Shown here piece after piece: positions 28,460 to 36,781 of a stretch of DNA of 39,059 bases. Position 1 is the stretch's first letter, and every line of letters begins with the position of its first letter. The stretch is from a virus: the UHGV virus genome UHGV-0140603. One strand, written 5' to 3'. Both the position numbers and the translations under genes were made by a program. The notes below the pieces were generated by a model that searched no databases, had not been told where the DNA came from, and saw only the letters and a list, made by a program, of their open reading frames with translations.

Positions 28460-28801
28460 TCACAATATTAATTTCGTTTCATGCCAGCCTTTAGTCACCC
28501 AGCATTGCGAGTCACCATTACACGGGCATGAATTTACAGGAACTCTCTCGCCGCACTTACCGCAACGTTTTCTGCTGATCGATTTTATACGCCCGCGCAC
28601 GCGTGCATCATCCTGGCGGATCAGTAACGCTATATACTCACCAAATTCGTAAGGCGCACGCCCGGGGCGACGCGTGGCACAGTTACGCTCCAGCATTTCA
28701 ATTTCCTGAGCATCAAGCACAATTTCCAGCTTACGCACACCAGATGCAGCTTGTCTGGCTCTCTGAGCGGCTTTGCGCTCTGCTGCTGATTTAGCCATCA
28801 A
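28460..28801 (-). CDS. Basic protein with C-terminal Cys cluster, candidate late-gene regulator
   Basis: 113 aa; Arg/Lys-rich N-terminus; CGKCGERVPVNSCPC; last gene before the terminator and late operon. Confidence 0.35.
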   Translation of the reverse strand: MMAKSAAERKAAQRARQAASGVRKLEIVLDAQEIEMLERNCATRRPGRAPYEFGEYIALLIRQDDARVRGRIKSISRKRCGKCGERVPVNSCPCNGDSQCWVTKGWHETKLIL

Positions 28802-28833
28802 TATTTACCTTTATCGCGAACACCTTTACCGGT

Positions 28834-29076
28834 TTATCTCCTTTGCATGGCACGTAATTTTTTCAGATGGTTCTCCTGTTCTGTTTCAGCCAGGATCTGG
28901 TGATATTCTCTGTGATCAATGTGTTCGAATAAATTATTGAATTTTCTGATGCACACCCTTCCAGGATAGCCATCCATCCTCTTGAAGAATACTGAGTGAT
29001 CAGTACTACGAATGATTTTTACTGGATAGCCGGCGCTATCGGTGTATATCTGACCACGTTGAATCAGAGAGAACAT
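28834..29076 (-). CDS. Hypothetical small phage protein
   Basis: 80 aa ORF in the accessory region. Confidence 0.35.
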   Translation of the reverse strand: MFSLIQRGQIYTDSAGYPVKIIRSTDHSVFFKRMDGYPGRVCIRKFNNLFEHIDHREYHQILAETEQENHLKKLRAMQRR

Positions 29077-29137
29077 TCGTTTATCCCCAGATAAAAATAT
29101 AGCAATACCAATTACATAAAATACTTCAGGCCAAGCA

Positions 29138-29770
29138 TCATTTCACCTCCTGCGGCGGTTCTGGTAGAGGCATCCAATTGATTACATCGCATTTAGGGAT
29201 GCTGATATCATCACCAAGCCACCCTTGACCTTCAGACCAGCATTGCACGTAATACCCGTATTCTGTGTTCACTACGCACCACTGCGCGTCGTTCGGCATT
29301 CGCTCACTACAGCTTATCCAACCATCCGGAATTACCGGAGAGTTGCCGGGTTCTTTAATGTGCAAGCGAGGCTCACCATCTTTTGGCTCAGGCCACTGGC
29401 GCTCCATGTTGATCTTCAATTTATCTTCCATAGCAGCGGTAATTTCAGCATCGCTGATGCCAGCACGGCGCTGTGCATCCCACAACAGGAACTGCATATC
29501 AGCCCACTCGCTGAGATCGTCAGGTTCGGCTGCGGCTTCCAGAGCCTCTTTTGAGAGGTGTTTCAGTGGACCAATGGGGCCAACGCAGCCAAATGTGGAG
29601 TCAGACCATTTGGCATGCTCGTGGCGAATCTGTTCGCGTTCCAGCGATGCCAGAGCAATTCGTGCCAGTTCTTCCGCTTCTTCTGCTGGCAGTACAACGT
29701 TGCTACCAGGTCCGTATGTTTCGCGCCACTGCTTGATTGTCAGCAGTCGCTCTTTGGTAATAGTTGTCAT
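29138..29770 (-). CDS. DUF550/DUF551-type phage protein (pyrophosphohydrolase-like N-domain)
   Basis: Two-domain architecture; C-terminal WISCSERMP...NWMPLPEPP matches DUF551-like signatures as recalled. Confidence 0.5.
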   Translation of the reverse strand: MTTITKERLLTIKQWRETYGPGSNVVLPAEEAEELARIALASLEREQIRHEHAKWSDSTFGCVGPIGPLKHLSKEALEAAAEPDDLSEWADMQFLLWDAQRRAGISDAEITAAMEDKLKINMERQWPEPKDGEPRLHIKEPGNSPVIPDGWISCSERMPNDAQWCVVNTEYGYYVQCWSEGQGWLGDDISIPKCDVINWMPLPEPPQEVK

Positions 29771-30282
29771 GCCGCGTTTCCTTCTTTCTTATTAACAATT
29801 ACACCGTCATATATTTCATTAAGGTGCCCTCTCAACTCCATGCGCCTTAATGCAGATAACATGTAATCGCATTCAACCTGCTTATTTCCAGTAAATGGCT
29901 TATCGTCAGGATTACCCCAACAGCAATTGCCCTTTGGCCACCCATGTACTTTCCGTACTCTTCCGTTAACAACGTGAAGTAATCCCCAGCCAGGTGGTAA
30001 ATCCTCAATTGAAATAATCCCCGGCTCACTAATAAAGAATCGCCAGTCGCCCATTCCAAGAGACGGATTTTTACGAAAACGCTTTTTTCTATCTGCCAAC
30101 AAGTCAGCACGAGAACACTTCGCCTCTATCAGGCATGATGCTGAATTTCTGAATCCCATAGCATCTGGCTGTTCTCCGGTACTGGTTACAGCTATAAAGC
30201 GGTCATGAAAACAAACCTTGAACCCGTTGCGCTTAAGGAACTTGTACGCAATCTGACAGAGTTCGCTGTGTGTTAACGCCAT
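29767..30282 (-). CDS. PD-(D/E)XK-family nuclease (MmcB-like)
   Basis: Motif PDAMGF...CLIEAKCS consistent with D...(D/E)xK. Confidence 0.45.
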   Translation of the reverse strand: MALTHSELCQIAYKFLKRNGFKVCFHDRFIAVTSTGEQPDAMGFRNSASCLIEAKCSRADLLADRKKRFRKNPSLGMGDWRFFISEPGIISIEDLPPGWGLLHVVNGRVRKVHGWPKGNCCWGNPDDKPFTGNKQVECDYMLSALRRMELRGHLNEIYDGVIVNKKEGNAA

Positions 30283-30283
30283 A

Positions 30284-31072
30284 TCACTCTCCTTTCCCCT
30301 GAAGCATGGCGTTGCTCCGCTCTATACCATCCAGCGCGATTCGCAGTGCCTGAATTGTGGTAATGCTATCGTTTGGGGCTATTCCATATCGCTCGAATAC
30401 AGCGATATGACCGCGCATAATCTCAGGCGTAAGCTCTTTGTAAGCATAAGCAAGCGACCCTGATGCATTATCCGGCACTACCGGCGATGGCTGTTTAGCT
30501 TCTAAATCAGCTATTCTGTCAACCACGGCATCGACAGCATCTGAAAAGCCGAACCAGTTGCTCCACTCCGGCCTGTTACCGGTTGCTGCAAAGTACATAT
30601 CATCTAAAGCAGACTCAGCATGGTCACGCTCATTGATGAGTTGCTCTTCGCTTTTCTCCAGTTCAGCAATACGCTTACTTCCATCCGAGATAACACCTTC
30701 GTAATACTCGCGCTGCTCGTTGAGTTTTGATTTTGTCTCCTCAAGCTCAACACGCAGCTTCCCTACCGTTAGCGCAATATCCTCGTTCTCCTGGTCGCGG
30801 CGTTTGATGTATTGCTGGTTTCTTTCCCGTTCATCCAGAAGCGCCAGCACTAATTTAGGGTTGAAAGCTGCGATAAATTCTGCGTTGTTCTCTGCATTTT
30901 TCTGGTCGTCAAAGCCAGGCCATTTGATAATGTCTCCGCAACGTTCATCCCCCGGCGTATGCACCGCATATGTACCAGTGTCCGGCGAGATGAATGCACG
31001 CCATTCGCCCTGTGTTGCCTGTTGCGCTATCTTACGTAAGGTAGCTAATTGTTCGCTGGTAAAAGTCATCAT
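30284..31072 (-). CDS. Ead/Ea22-like protein
   Basis: MMTFTSEQL...ATQGEW N-terminus and coiled-coil centre; shares NAEFIAAxNPxxVLALLDE with the adjacent gene; track ORF starts at 31111. Confidence 0.5.
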   Translation of the reverse strand: MMTFTSEQLATLRKIAQQATQGEWRAFISPDTGTYAVHTPGDERCGDIIKWPGFDDQKNAENNAEFIAAFNPKLVLALLDERERNQQYIKRRDQENEDIALTVGKLRVELEETKSKLNEQREYYEGVISDGSKRIAELEKSEEQLINERDHAESALDDMYFAATGNRPEWSNWFGFSDAVDAVVDRIADLEAKQPSPVVPDNASGSLAYAYKELTPEIMRGHIAVFERYGIAPNDSITTIQALRIALDGIERSNAMLQGKGE

Positions 31073-31455
31073 GGTTGCATCTCCCGTTCTTCTGCCCACT
31101 TCCGAAGCCATTCAATCTCACCATTACGAGCTATCAGCTCGCGACACAGTCTTTCGTTTTCATCCAGCAGCGCCAGCACGGTAGCTGGATTGGCTGCGGC
31201 GATGAATTCAGCATTGGCCTGCTGTTCCATTTGGAAATCTTCATAGAAACGGCTTTCTGGATGCGCTCCTTCAATTCTGCAAATAGGAATATATCCAGCA
31301 ACCTCGCGATGAATTAGTGCATCATCACCATCAAATCGTCCCTCTCCATATTCGAGCGACCACACACCACACGTTGCTTTCTCTGCCTTAGCACGCAATG
31401 CCTGATAGTCAATCTTGCTCACTGGTTGCCTCCTTTGCGAAGCTGCTCCGCACAA
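31069..31455 (-). CDS. Ead/Ea22-like N-terminal-domain protein (paralogous to downstream gene)
   Basis: Shared motif NAEFIAAANPATVLALLDENERL. Confidence 0.5.
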   Translation of the reverse strand: MCGAASQRRQPVSKIDYQALRAKAEKATCGVWSLEYGEGRFDGDDALIHREVAGYIPICRIEGAHPESRFYEDFQMEQQANAEFIAAANPATVLALLDENERLCRELIARNGEIEWLRKWAEEREMQP

Positions 31456-31898
31456 TGCAGCAGGGCGTCCGTCGCTTCTTTCACCGTAACGATGTCGCCA
31501 TCGTCCAGCCCGGCAACCGTCGCGTCCTTAACGAACACCGAGCAAAGGTCATTAAACGCCTGCGCCCGTACTTCAGACAGGAAAGAGTCGGTGGCTGTGG
31601 TTTCGATATCGTTAATTTCAGGAAGAATCTCTTCCCATGTAGCGATATCGCCATTCAAATGCCATCCGGCAATTCCACTGGAGTTATCCGCAACACTGCG
31701 AACAGCTTCAATAGTTTCATGCATTGCCGCATTCTCCGCCGCCAGCGCATTAGCACGCACCAGTTGCACTTCAAGTTGCGTTGCCAAATCGCTGATCAGC
31801 TTTGCCACACTGCGCATATCAACGGCACCACATTCTGCTTTCAGTTCCGAAGCCATCTCATGCCCGGCGGCAACTAACCATTTGATATTACTTTCCAT
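31419..31898 (-). CDS. Hypothetical phage protein
   Basis: 159 aa acidic ORF. Confidence 0.4.
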   Translation of the reverse strand: MESNIKWLVAAGHEMASELKAECGAVDMRSVAKLISDLATQLEVQLVRANALAAENAAMHETIEAVRSVADNSSGIAGWHLNGDIATWEEILPEINDIETTATDSFLSEVRAQAFNDLCSVFVKDATVAGLDDGDIVTVKEATDALLHCAEQLRKGGNQ

Positions 31899-31959
31899 CT
31901 TTACCCTCGCTTATCCACATAACTTATTGATTACATTGATAACTAAAAAGATCGTCGAT

Positions 31960-32304
31960 TCAGAACTCTTCGATGTTCCAGCCACCACCTGCTTTCTTTG
32001 GTTTAACCGTTACCCCGATGATTCGGAACGGATACTGATCTGCGGCGACTTTGGTTTTCACCCTGGCGTCGTCAGTCCAGAAACCTTTCACTTCGTGCAG
32101 TTCCATCTCGCCGGTGGCGAGCATCACAGCGAAATCTGGCGTATAGAACGTGTTATCAGCTAACCGCAGCTTGATACCCTCGAATCGATACCAGGCGATT
32201 TCCCCTGCACGTTTACGCAGCTCAAGGTGCTGGCAATACGCAGATTCTGTTTTGTTCATCTGGCCTGTTTTGAGTCGACCAAGAGCCTGTATCTGTTTTC
32301 TCAT
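31960..32304 (-). CDS. DUF1064-type phage protein (nuclease-like fold)
   Basis: 114 aa; MRKQIQALGRLK...YTPDF...EVKG...DDAR resembles DUF1064 as recalled. Confidence 0.5.
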   Translation of the reverse strand: MRKQIQALGRLKTGQMNKTESAYCQHLELRKRAGEIAWYRFEGIKLRLADNTFYTPDFAVMLATGEMELHEVKGFWTDDARVKTKVAADQYPFRIIGVTVKPKKAGGGWNIEEF

Positions 32305-32307
32305 GAT

Positions 32308-32322
32308 TTACCAATTAGGTAA
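32308..32322. promoter_or_regulatory. Perfect palindrome TTACC-AATTA-GGTAA, 4 nt upstream of the DUF1064 start codon
   Basis: Exact inverted repeat. Confidence 0.5.
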
Positions 32323-32369
32323 TTAAAAACCACATAAGACATGAAATCAATAGATGTTAGAACATTTTG

Positions 32370-32384
32370 TTACCCACCAGGTAA
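32370..32384. promoter_or_regulatory. Perfect palindrome TTACC-CACCA-GGTAA
   Basis: Exact inverted repeat, 48 bp from the previous site. Confidence 0.5.
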
Positions 32385-32421
32385 TCATGTGGGCGTAAAA
32401 AAATGCGCTATCGCGCTGGTA

Positions 32422-33222
32422 TTACTTGATAAATCCTGCCGCCTTTCCCCGCCTGTATTCCTCCATCAGCCACTGCGCCGGTGTTATTCCCCCAAGGGTG
32501 GCGGCGTTAGGCATACACCCGAAACTTCGCCCTGGTGGATGGTAAACGTCTCTCCCTGTGTCCGGAGGCGTACTCATGGGCTCTGGCTTTGCCTGTATGC
32601 TGATCACCGGATCGGGTATCTGCTGTCCGGAAGCCACCTTTTTCGCCCAATCATCGAGCAGCCTGCGCGCGTGTTTCTCAACCTCACTCTCGCTAAGCTG
32701 GCGCTGATACATTGCACGACGGGTATCACATACGACCCAGTACATAACCGGATGCCGCCACGGGAATCTTTCGGGACCACCAGGATATAAACTTTTTTCC
32801 TTGCTGTACCGGTGAAACTCCGCCATCACATCGTCAATGGTGACGCCAAGAACCATCTTGCTGTCTTTGCACCACTTGATGAATTGCCCTGGCGACGGCC
32901 AGAACGGAGATTCACTGGCGCGGGCGTGGCGCATACCAGCAGAAACCTGTTCACGGGTTCGGATCCCACCTTCGGCAAACGCAGCAATCCACTGCTGTTT
33001 TGCAGCGACTTCCTGCTCTGGCGTCTTCAGGTTGGTTACCACTGCCGCCGGAAACAGTTGTTTCAGCTGTTTGAAAAGGGCATCAACAAGCCTCTCTGCT
33101 GACATGTTCACCACGTTGTCATTGTTGGTGTACTGATGCTCATAACCTGACATGCGAGAAAGGGCTTCTCCGTCACGGTTTTGTATCGCGGTAAAAACGT
33201 TGTTCACAAGAAATCCTCCCAT
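32422..33222 (-). CDS. Replication protein P-like (helicase loader)
   Basis: EQVSAGMRHARASESPFWPSPGQFIKWCKD aligns with lambda P EQVNAGMRVARRQNRPFLPSPGQFVAWCRE. Confidence 0.75.
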   Translation of the reverse strand: MGGFLVNNVFTAIQNRDGEALSRMSGYEHQYTNNDNVVNMSAERLVDALFKQLKQLFPAAVVTNLKTPEQEVAAKQQWIAAFAEGGIRTREQVSAGMRHARASESPFWPSPGQFIKWCKDSKMVLGVTIDDVMAEFHRYSKEKSLYPGGPERFPWRHPVMYWVVCDTRRAMYQRQLSESEVEKHARRLLDDWAKKVASGQQIPDPVISIQAKPEPMSTPPDTGRDVYHPPGRSFGCMPNAATLGGITPAQWLMEEYRRGKAAGFIK

Positions 33223-34019
33223 GCTTCAGGGCTGTTCCAGTGCGGAACGTTGTTATCAGGTAATGTTGATTGCTTCTGTCTGCTAATCTGCAGCCGCCTT
33301 GCCAGCTTCTGCTCCCACTGTGCCTGATGGTATGCCTTACCCTCAGCCATCCAGTAAATTCTGAACTCTGCAAGTTCCTGTGCCGTTGGCAGACTGTCCA
33401 GGTAGATCCCCTGCAATGAGCTTTTCCGAAGAAAGTCATCTGATGGCTGCCATTGTTCATGCATGACAAATTTTCCTAATTGCCCTGGCCCACCAGGAGG
33501 AACAAAGTTATTCATCACGGCGTTGTTTGCTCCGGGGTCATGAGGCACAGAATCCCCGCTTTTTGTCCTGCTCTCCCTCTCTTGGTTAAATGACTGGTTA
33601 TATGACTGGTTCTGGATCCCGTTTTTGGGATCATTCAACATCCCGTTTTTGGGATCATTCAACATCCCGTTTTTGGGTATATTCCCGTTTTCGGGAACAT
33701 TACCGTTTTCGGGTTCATTACGTCCTTCTAGGTTGCCTTTAATGTTCCCTTTTTTGGTTATATTAAGAGAGAAAACCCGCACTCTTTTCGTCGCTCCCTT
33801 TCTCTCTCCGGTATCTGAAATAAGCCCCATTTTCATGAGCGATATAAGCCCGGCCTGCACGGTTTTTTTATTCAGGCAAGTGTCTTTAACGAGGCGTTCT
33901 ATGCTGGGGTAGCAGAGGTTATATTCATCGGCTCTGTCAGCCATCGAGAGCAGTATGAGCTTTAATGACGAGCTACCTGGATCTGTCTCCCAGGCCCAAT
34001 CTGTTGCATGTCTGCTCAT
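33204..34019 (-). CDS. Replication initiator (O-like) with internal iteron-encoded peptide repeats
   Basis: N-terminal HTH-like domain; central ENGNVPENGNIPKNGMLNDPKNGMLNDPKNG repeats; directly upstream of the P-like gene. Confidence 0.6.
   Translation of the reverse strand: MSRHATDWAWETDPGSSSLKLILLSMADRADEYNLCYPSIERLVKDTCLNKKTVQAGLISLMKMGLISDTGERKGATKRVRVFSLNITKKGNIKGNLEGRNEPENGNVPENGNIPKNGMLNDPKNGMLNDPKNGIQNQSYNQSFNQERESRTKSGDSVPHDPGANNAVMNNFVPPGGPGQLGKFVMHEQWQPSDDFLRKSSLQGIYLDSLPTAQELAEFRIYWMAEGKAYHQAQWEQKLARRLQISRQKQSTLPDNNVPHWNSPEAWEDFL
33614..33721. repeat. Origin-like iterons (about five direct repeats with core cccgttttYggg) followed by an AT-rich tract
   Basis: Repeats at ~33614, 33638, 33661, 33683, 33702; AT-rich 33730-33775; inside the initiator gene as in lambda ori. 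Confidence 0.6.
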
Positions 34020-34034
34020 GATTAATCTCCGCTA

Positions 34035-34235
34035 TCAGCTTGAATGTTGTGGGGAGGAATTAATCATGATCTGCTTAATCTCAGCCCTGATGCGACGGTT
34101 TGATTCCATGGTGCACTCAACACAGTGTCCGTTGTAAACCCAGCGTTCACTGTCATGTCCGTGCTTACATGGTTTTCCGGTGTAGTAGCGTTTAAGTCCG
34201 CGCTTTGCGGCATCAATACGTGTAATGATTTCCAT
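34035..34235 (-). CDS. Small Cys/His-rich protein
   Basis: MEIITRIDAAKRGLKRYYTGKPCKHGHDSERWVYNGHCVEC; between the Cro-like and O-like genes; track ORF extends to 34298. Confidence 0.4.
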   Translation of the reverse strand: MEIITRIDAAKRGLKRYYTGKPCKHGHDSERWVYNGHCVECTMESNRRIRAEIKQIMINSSPQHSS

Positions 34236-34315
34236 GGTAAGCCCTGTTATTAGTATTGGGATTACGGTCATTTTGTGCTGACACAAAAAAAAGATCAACC
34301 ATATTTGGTTTTTTA

Positions 34316-34330
34316 TTACCCTTAAGGTGC
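34316..34330. promoter_or_regulatory. Degenerate palindrome TTACC-CTTAA-GGTGC after the cro terminator
   Basis: Two mismatches in the right half-site, same spacing. Confidence 0.35.
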
Positions 34331-34337
34331 GAATAGA

Positions 34338-34363
34338 TATGAAAAGACCGCCGGATGGCGGTC
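34338..34363 (-). terminator. Rho-independent terminator after the Cro-like gene (tR1-like position)
   Basis: Stem gaccgcc/ggcggtc, loop ggat, minus-strand U-run. Confidence 0.55.
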
Positions 34364-34385
34364 TACAGAGGGTTGTGGCTGGATA

Positions 34386-34616
34386 TCATGAGTAGAAGAA
34401 GTATGCCAATTCTGCTTTTGAGCGCAGCCATTGTCTTGTTTTACAGGCTTTAAAAAGCCCATTCATCAATACCTTACCTGGCATTTTGCGCTTACCTGTT
34501 AAGTGAGTCTGGATATAGTGACTCGTCGTTCCGGCTTCCTGTGCGAAGGCTTCACGCTCATCCGGAGTAAGTGCAAGCCAGTGCTTTTTGAAATCGAAAT
34601 GTCCGTTATCGCTCAT
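34386..34616 (-). CDS. Cro-like HTH regulator
   Basis: 76 aa, HTH-like segment, divergent from the repressor gene across the operator region. Confidence 0.55.
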   Translation of the reverse strand: MSDNGHFDFKKHWLALTPDEREAFAQEAGTTSHYIQTHLTGKRKMPGKVLMNGLFKACKTRQWLRSKAELAYFFYS

Positions 34617-34652
34617 AGCTATTGCCTGATATTTATTTCAGATAATAAATAT

Positions 34653-34715
34653 TCACCCATAAGGTAACAAAAATCAAGGATAGTTACCCATGAGGTGCAT
34701 TTACCTGTTGGGTAA
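34653..34715. promoter_or_regulatory. Right operator region: three TTACC-N5-GGTAA-type sites between the cro-like and repressor genes
   Basis: Sites 34653-34667 (tcacc..ggtaa), 34684-34698 (ttacc..ggtgc), 34701-34715 (perfect). Confidence 0.65.
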
Positions 34716-34770
34716 TATTGCTTTAAATTGAATCATCTTCTGATTCATATATGAGGCGATTTTCCAGAAA

Positions 34771-35355
34771 ATGAAAAGTATCCAGGACGTCCGCAGGCAA
34801 AATCTCAACGACTTGATCGACCGTGAATTCAATGGTGTTCAGACGCGGATGGCTGAAAAACTTGGAACTCAGGCAAATCTGGTAAACCGCTGGGCTCTTG
34901 GCAAGAAGGTTATCGGCGACCAGGTTGCGCGAAAAATTGAAGCTGCCGCCAATAAACCACGTAACTGGCTTGATATCGATCGCTCGCTTTCTCAGGAGGG
35001 TTTTCAGCCTGTCGGACCAAGCGACATTGGTCAGCTGGCGGCTCACAACCTGGAACGCTGGATGAGCGAAAGCCGCGACCTTTCAACACAGGGAAAACTT
35101 CACCGCGCATCCGGCGTCGCCCAAGTGACAATCAGCCGCCTGTTAAACAATGAGGTCAGCGTTTCCATTTCCACCCTGGAGAATGTTGCATCTGCATTCG
35201 GGCGTCACGGATATGAACTACTGATTCACCCGCACGACCCTGCAACTATCAACTATGACCGCTCGCGCTACGCATTGTTACCTGAAACCGAGAAAGCAAA
35301 GATCGAAAGTTACATTGAATTTGTCATCAACCAGAACGAAAAAAACAAACAATAA
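34771..35355 (+). CDS. Repressor-like protein with two HTH regions and no peptidase S24 domain
   Basis: N-terminal XRE-type HTH, second HTH-like segment ~120-150; no Ala-Gly/Ser-Lys autocleavage motifs. Confidence 0.6.
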   Translation: MKSIQDVRRQNLNDLIDREFNGVQTRMAEKLGTQANLVNRWALGKKVIGDQVARKIEAAANKPRNWLDIDRSLSQEGFQPVGPSDIGQLAAHNLERWMSESRDLSTQGKLHRASGVAQVTISRLLNNEVSVSISTLENVASAFGRHGYELLIHPHDPATINYDRSRYALLPETEKAKIESYIEFVINQNEKNKQ

Positions 35356-35376
35356 AATCATATTTTTCAGTAAGTA

Positions 35377-35400
35377 AGCCGCCAAATGGCGGCTTTTTTA
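35377..35400 (+). terminator. Rho-independent terminator after the repressor gene
   Basis: Stem agccgcc/ggcggct, loop aaat, then ttttt. Confidence 0.65.
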
Positions 35401-35412
35401 TTGTCTATTTAA

Positions 35413-35489
35413 TTACCTTGCAGGTAATTTTTTCAACTCATATCTATTGACACCAAACCAAATACGCATAATTATTACCTCAACGGTAA
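35413..35489 (+). promoter_or_regulatory. Left operator/promoter: two perfect palindromes flanking a TTGACA -35
   Basis: Sites 35413-35427 and 35475-35489; ttgaca at 35447-35452; A/T-rich -10-like region ~35467-35475. Confidence 0.6.
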
Positions 35490-35508
35490 CAAGCTGAGGT
35501 AACAAGTT

Positions 35509-35661
35509 ATGCAGTGGAAAATCATCAACGGTTGGTACTGCGTTACTGCATGCGGATTCATGAGCTGGAAGTTCCGCACCTTACAGGAAGGCATTAAGTG
35601 GGCTTTCGTCAGCAAAGAAGCTCGCGATGTGGCCAACGATAACGAGATATGGGAGGGCTGA
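35509..35661 (+). CDS. Small 50-aa ORF, first gene of the leftward operon
   Basis: ATG with SD gaggtaa; MQWKIINGWYCVTACGFMSWKFRTLQEGIKWAFVSKEARDVANDNEIWEG; below ORF-track cutoff. Confidence 0.4.
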   Translation: MQWKIINGWYCVTACGFMSWKFRTLQEGIKWAFVSKEARDVANDNEIWEG

Positions 35662-35663
35662 TA

Positions 35664-35963
35664 ATGAACGTTAATCAGCAGCAAAATCTTCAAAAAATCA
35701 TGCTGGCATTCGACAAGGACTACCGCCTGTCAGAACAGCTATATGACCGACAAGTTGAACTGATCGAGAGCATCCGGCTTCATCAACTAGCCTCAACTTT
35801 CGACGCTGTAACAGGTAAAGGCGTTCGCCAGGAAGTACTGGAGGCCGCTAAAGACAGTCCAGAGTTCGAAGAACTGATGGATTCCTACCGGCGCGAGGCA
35901 ATGGCAATTATCGCCCGCTGGGATCTGGCTGATCAGCTTGATGGGCAGAGGGACGCGGCATGA
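35664..35963 (+). CDS. Hypothetical early protein
   Basis: ATG at 35664 with SD gggaggg; track ORF starts at 35649; overlaps next gene start. Confidence 0.5.
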   Translation: MNVNQQQNLQKIMLAFDKDYRLSEQLYDRQVELIESIRLHQLASTFDAVTGKGVRQEVLEAAKDSPEFEELMDSYRREAMAIIARWDLADQLDGQRDAA

Positions 35964-36781
35964 AGCCGGGAATTTATTTCGACATCAGCAACGAAGACTA
36001 CCACGCCGGGGACGGCGTGAGTAAGTCGCAACTGGACATGGTTGCCAAGAATCCGGCGCTTCTTAAATGGGTTCAGGCAGCACCAGAAGACGAAGAGAAA
36101 AAGTCTGCACTGGATATGGGAACCGCATTGCACTGTCTGCTTCTGGAGCCTGGAGAATTCAACAAACGCTTCATTGTTTCACCGAAATTCGATCGTCGGA
36201 CGAAACAAGGTAAAGCTGACGAAGAAGCATTTCTTCGTGATGTAGCGGATATGGGGATTACGGTACTTGATGCCGAGCAGTGGCGGAAACTGGAGCTGAT
36301 GCGTGATAGCGCAATGGCTCACCCGGCGGCACGCTGGATGCTGGAAGCACCTGGTTACTGCGAAGCATCAATGTACTGGAATGATGAAGAGACTGGTGAG
36401 TTGTGCCGCATTCGTCCAGACAAATGGCTGAACGAGCACAACGTGATCGTCGACGTGAAAAAGGTTGCAGATATGGACCGTTTTGCACGCCACATCGAGG
36501 AATTCCGCTACCACGTGCAGGACGCAATGTACCGCGAAGGAGCGATGAGGGTTACTGGTCAGTCGCATGGTTTTTTCTTTCTTGCCGTGAGCGAAAGCAT
36601 TGATTGTGGTCGGTATCCGGTACGCGTGTTCGAGCTGGATGCGCCGGATGTCGATGCCGGGCACGCTCTGTTCCGCCGGGATCTGAATACCTATCACGAA
36701 TGCCGCATCAATGATGAATGGGGCGGCGTGGAAATTATTAAACGCCCTGACTGGGCACGTAAACAGGATATGTACGTATGA
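35960..36781 (+). CDS. PD-(D/E)XK-type recombination exonuclease
   Basis: N-terminus MKPGIYFDISNEDYHAGDGVSKSQLDM typical of this family; directly upstream of and coupled to a Bet/RecT-like gene. Confidence 0.6.
   Translation: MKPGIYFDISNEDYHAGDGVSKSQLDMVAKNPALLKWVQAAPEDEEKKSALDMGTALHCLLLEPGEFNKRFIVSPKFDRRTKQGKADEEAFLRDVADMGITVLDAEQWRKLELMRDSAMAHPAARWMLEAPGYCEASMYWNDEETGELCRIRPDKWLNEHNVIVDVKKVADMDRFARHIEEFRYHVQDAMYREGAMRVTGQSHGFFFLAVSESIDCGRYPVRVFELDAPDVDAGHALFRRDLNTYHECRINDEWGGVEIIKRPDWARKQDMYV

Noticed and set aside
31426-32163. 245-aa plus-strand ORF
   Set aside because: Antisense to the hypothetical and DUF1064 genes; Ser/Ala-rich shadow ORF.
35475-35693. 72-aa minus-strand ORF in the leftward promoter region
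   Set aside because: Overlaps the operator/promoter and the better-supported plus-strand small ORF; no RBS.
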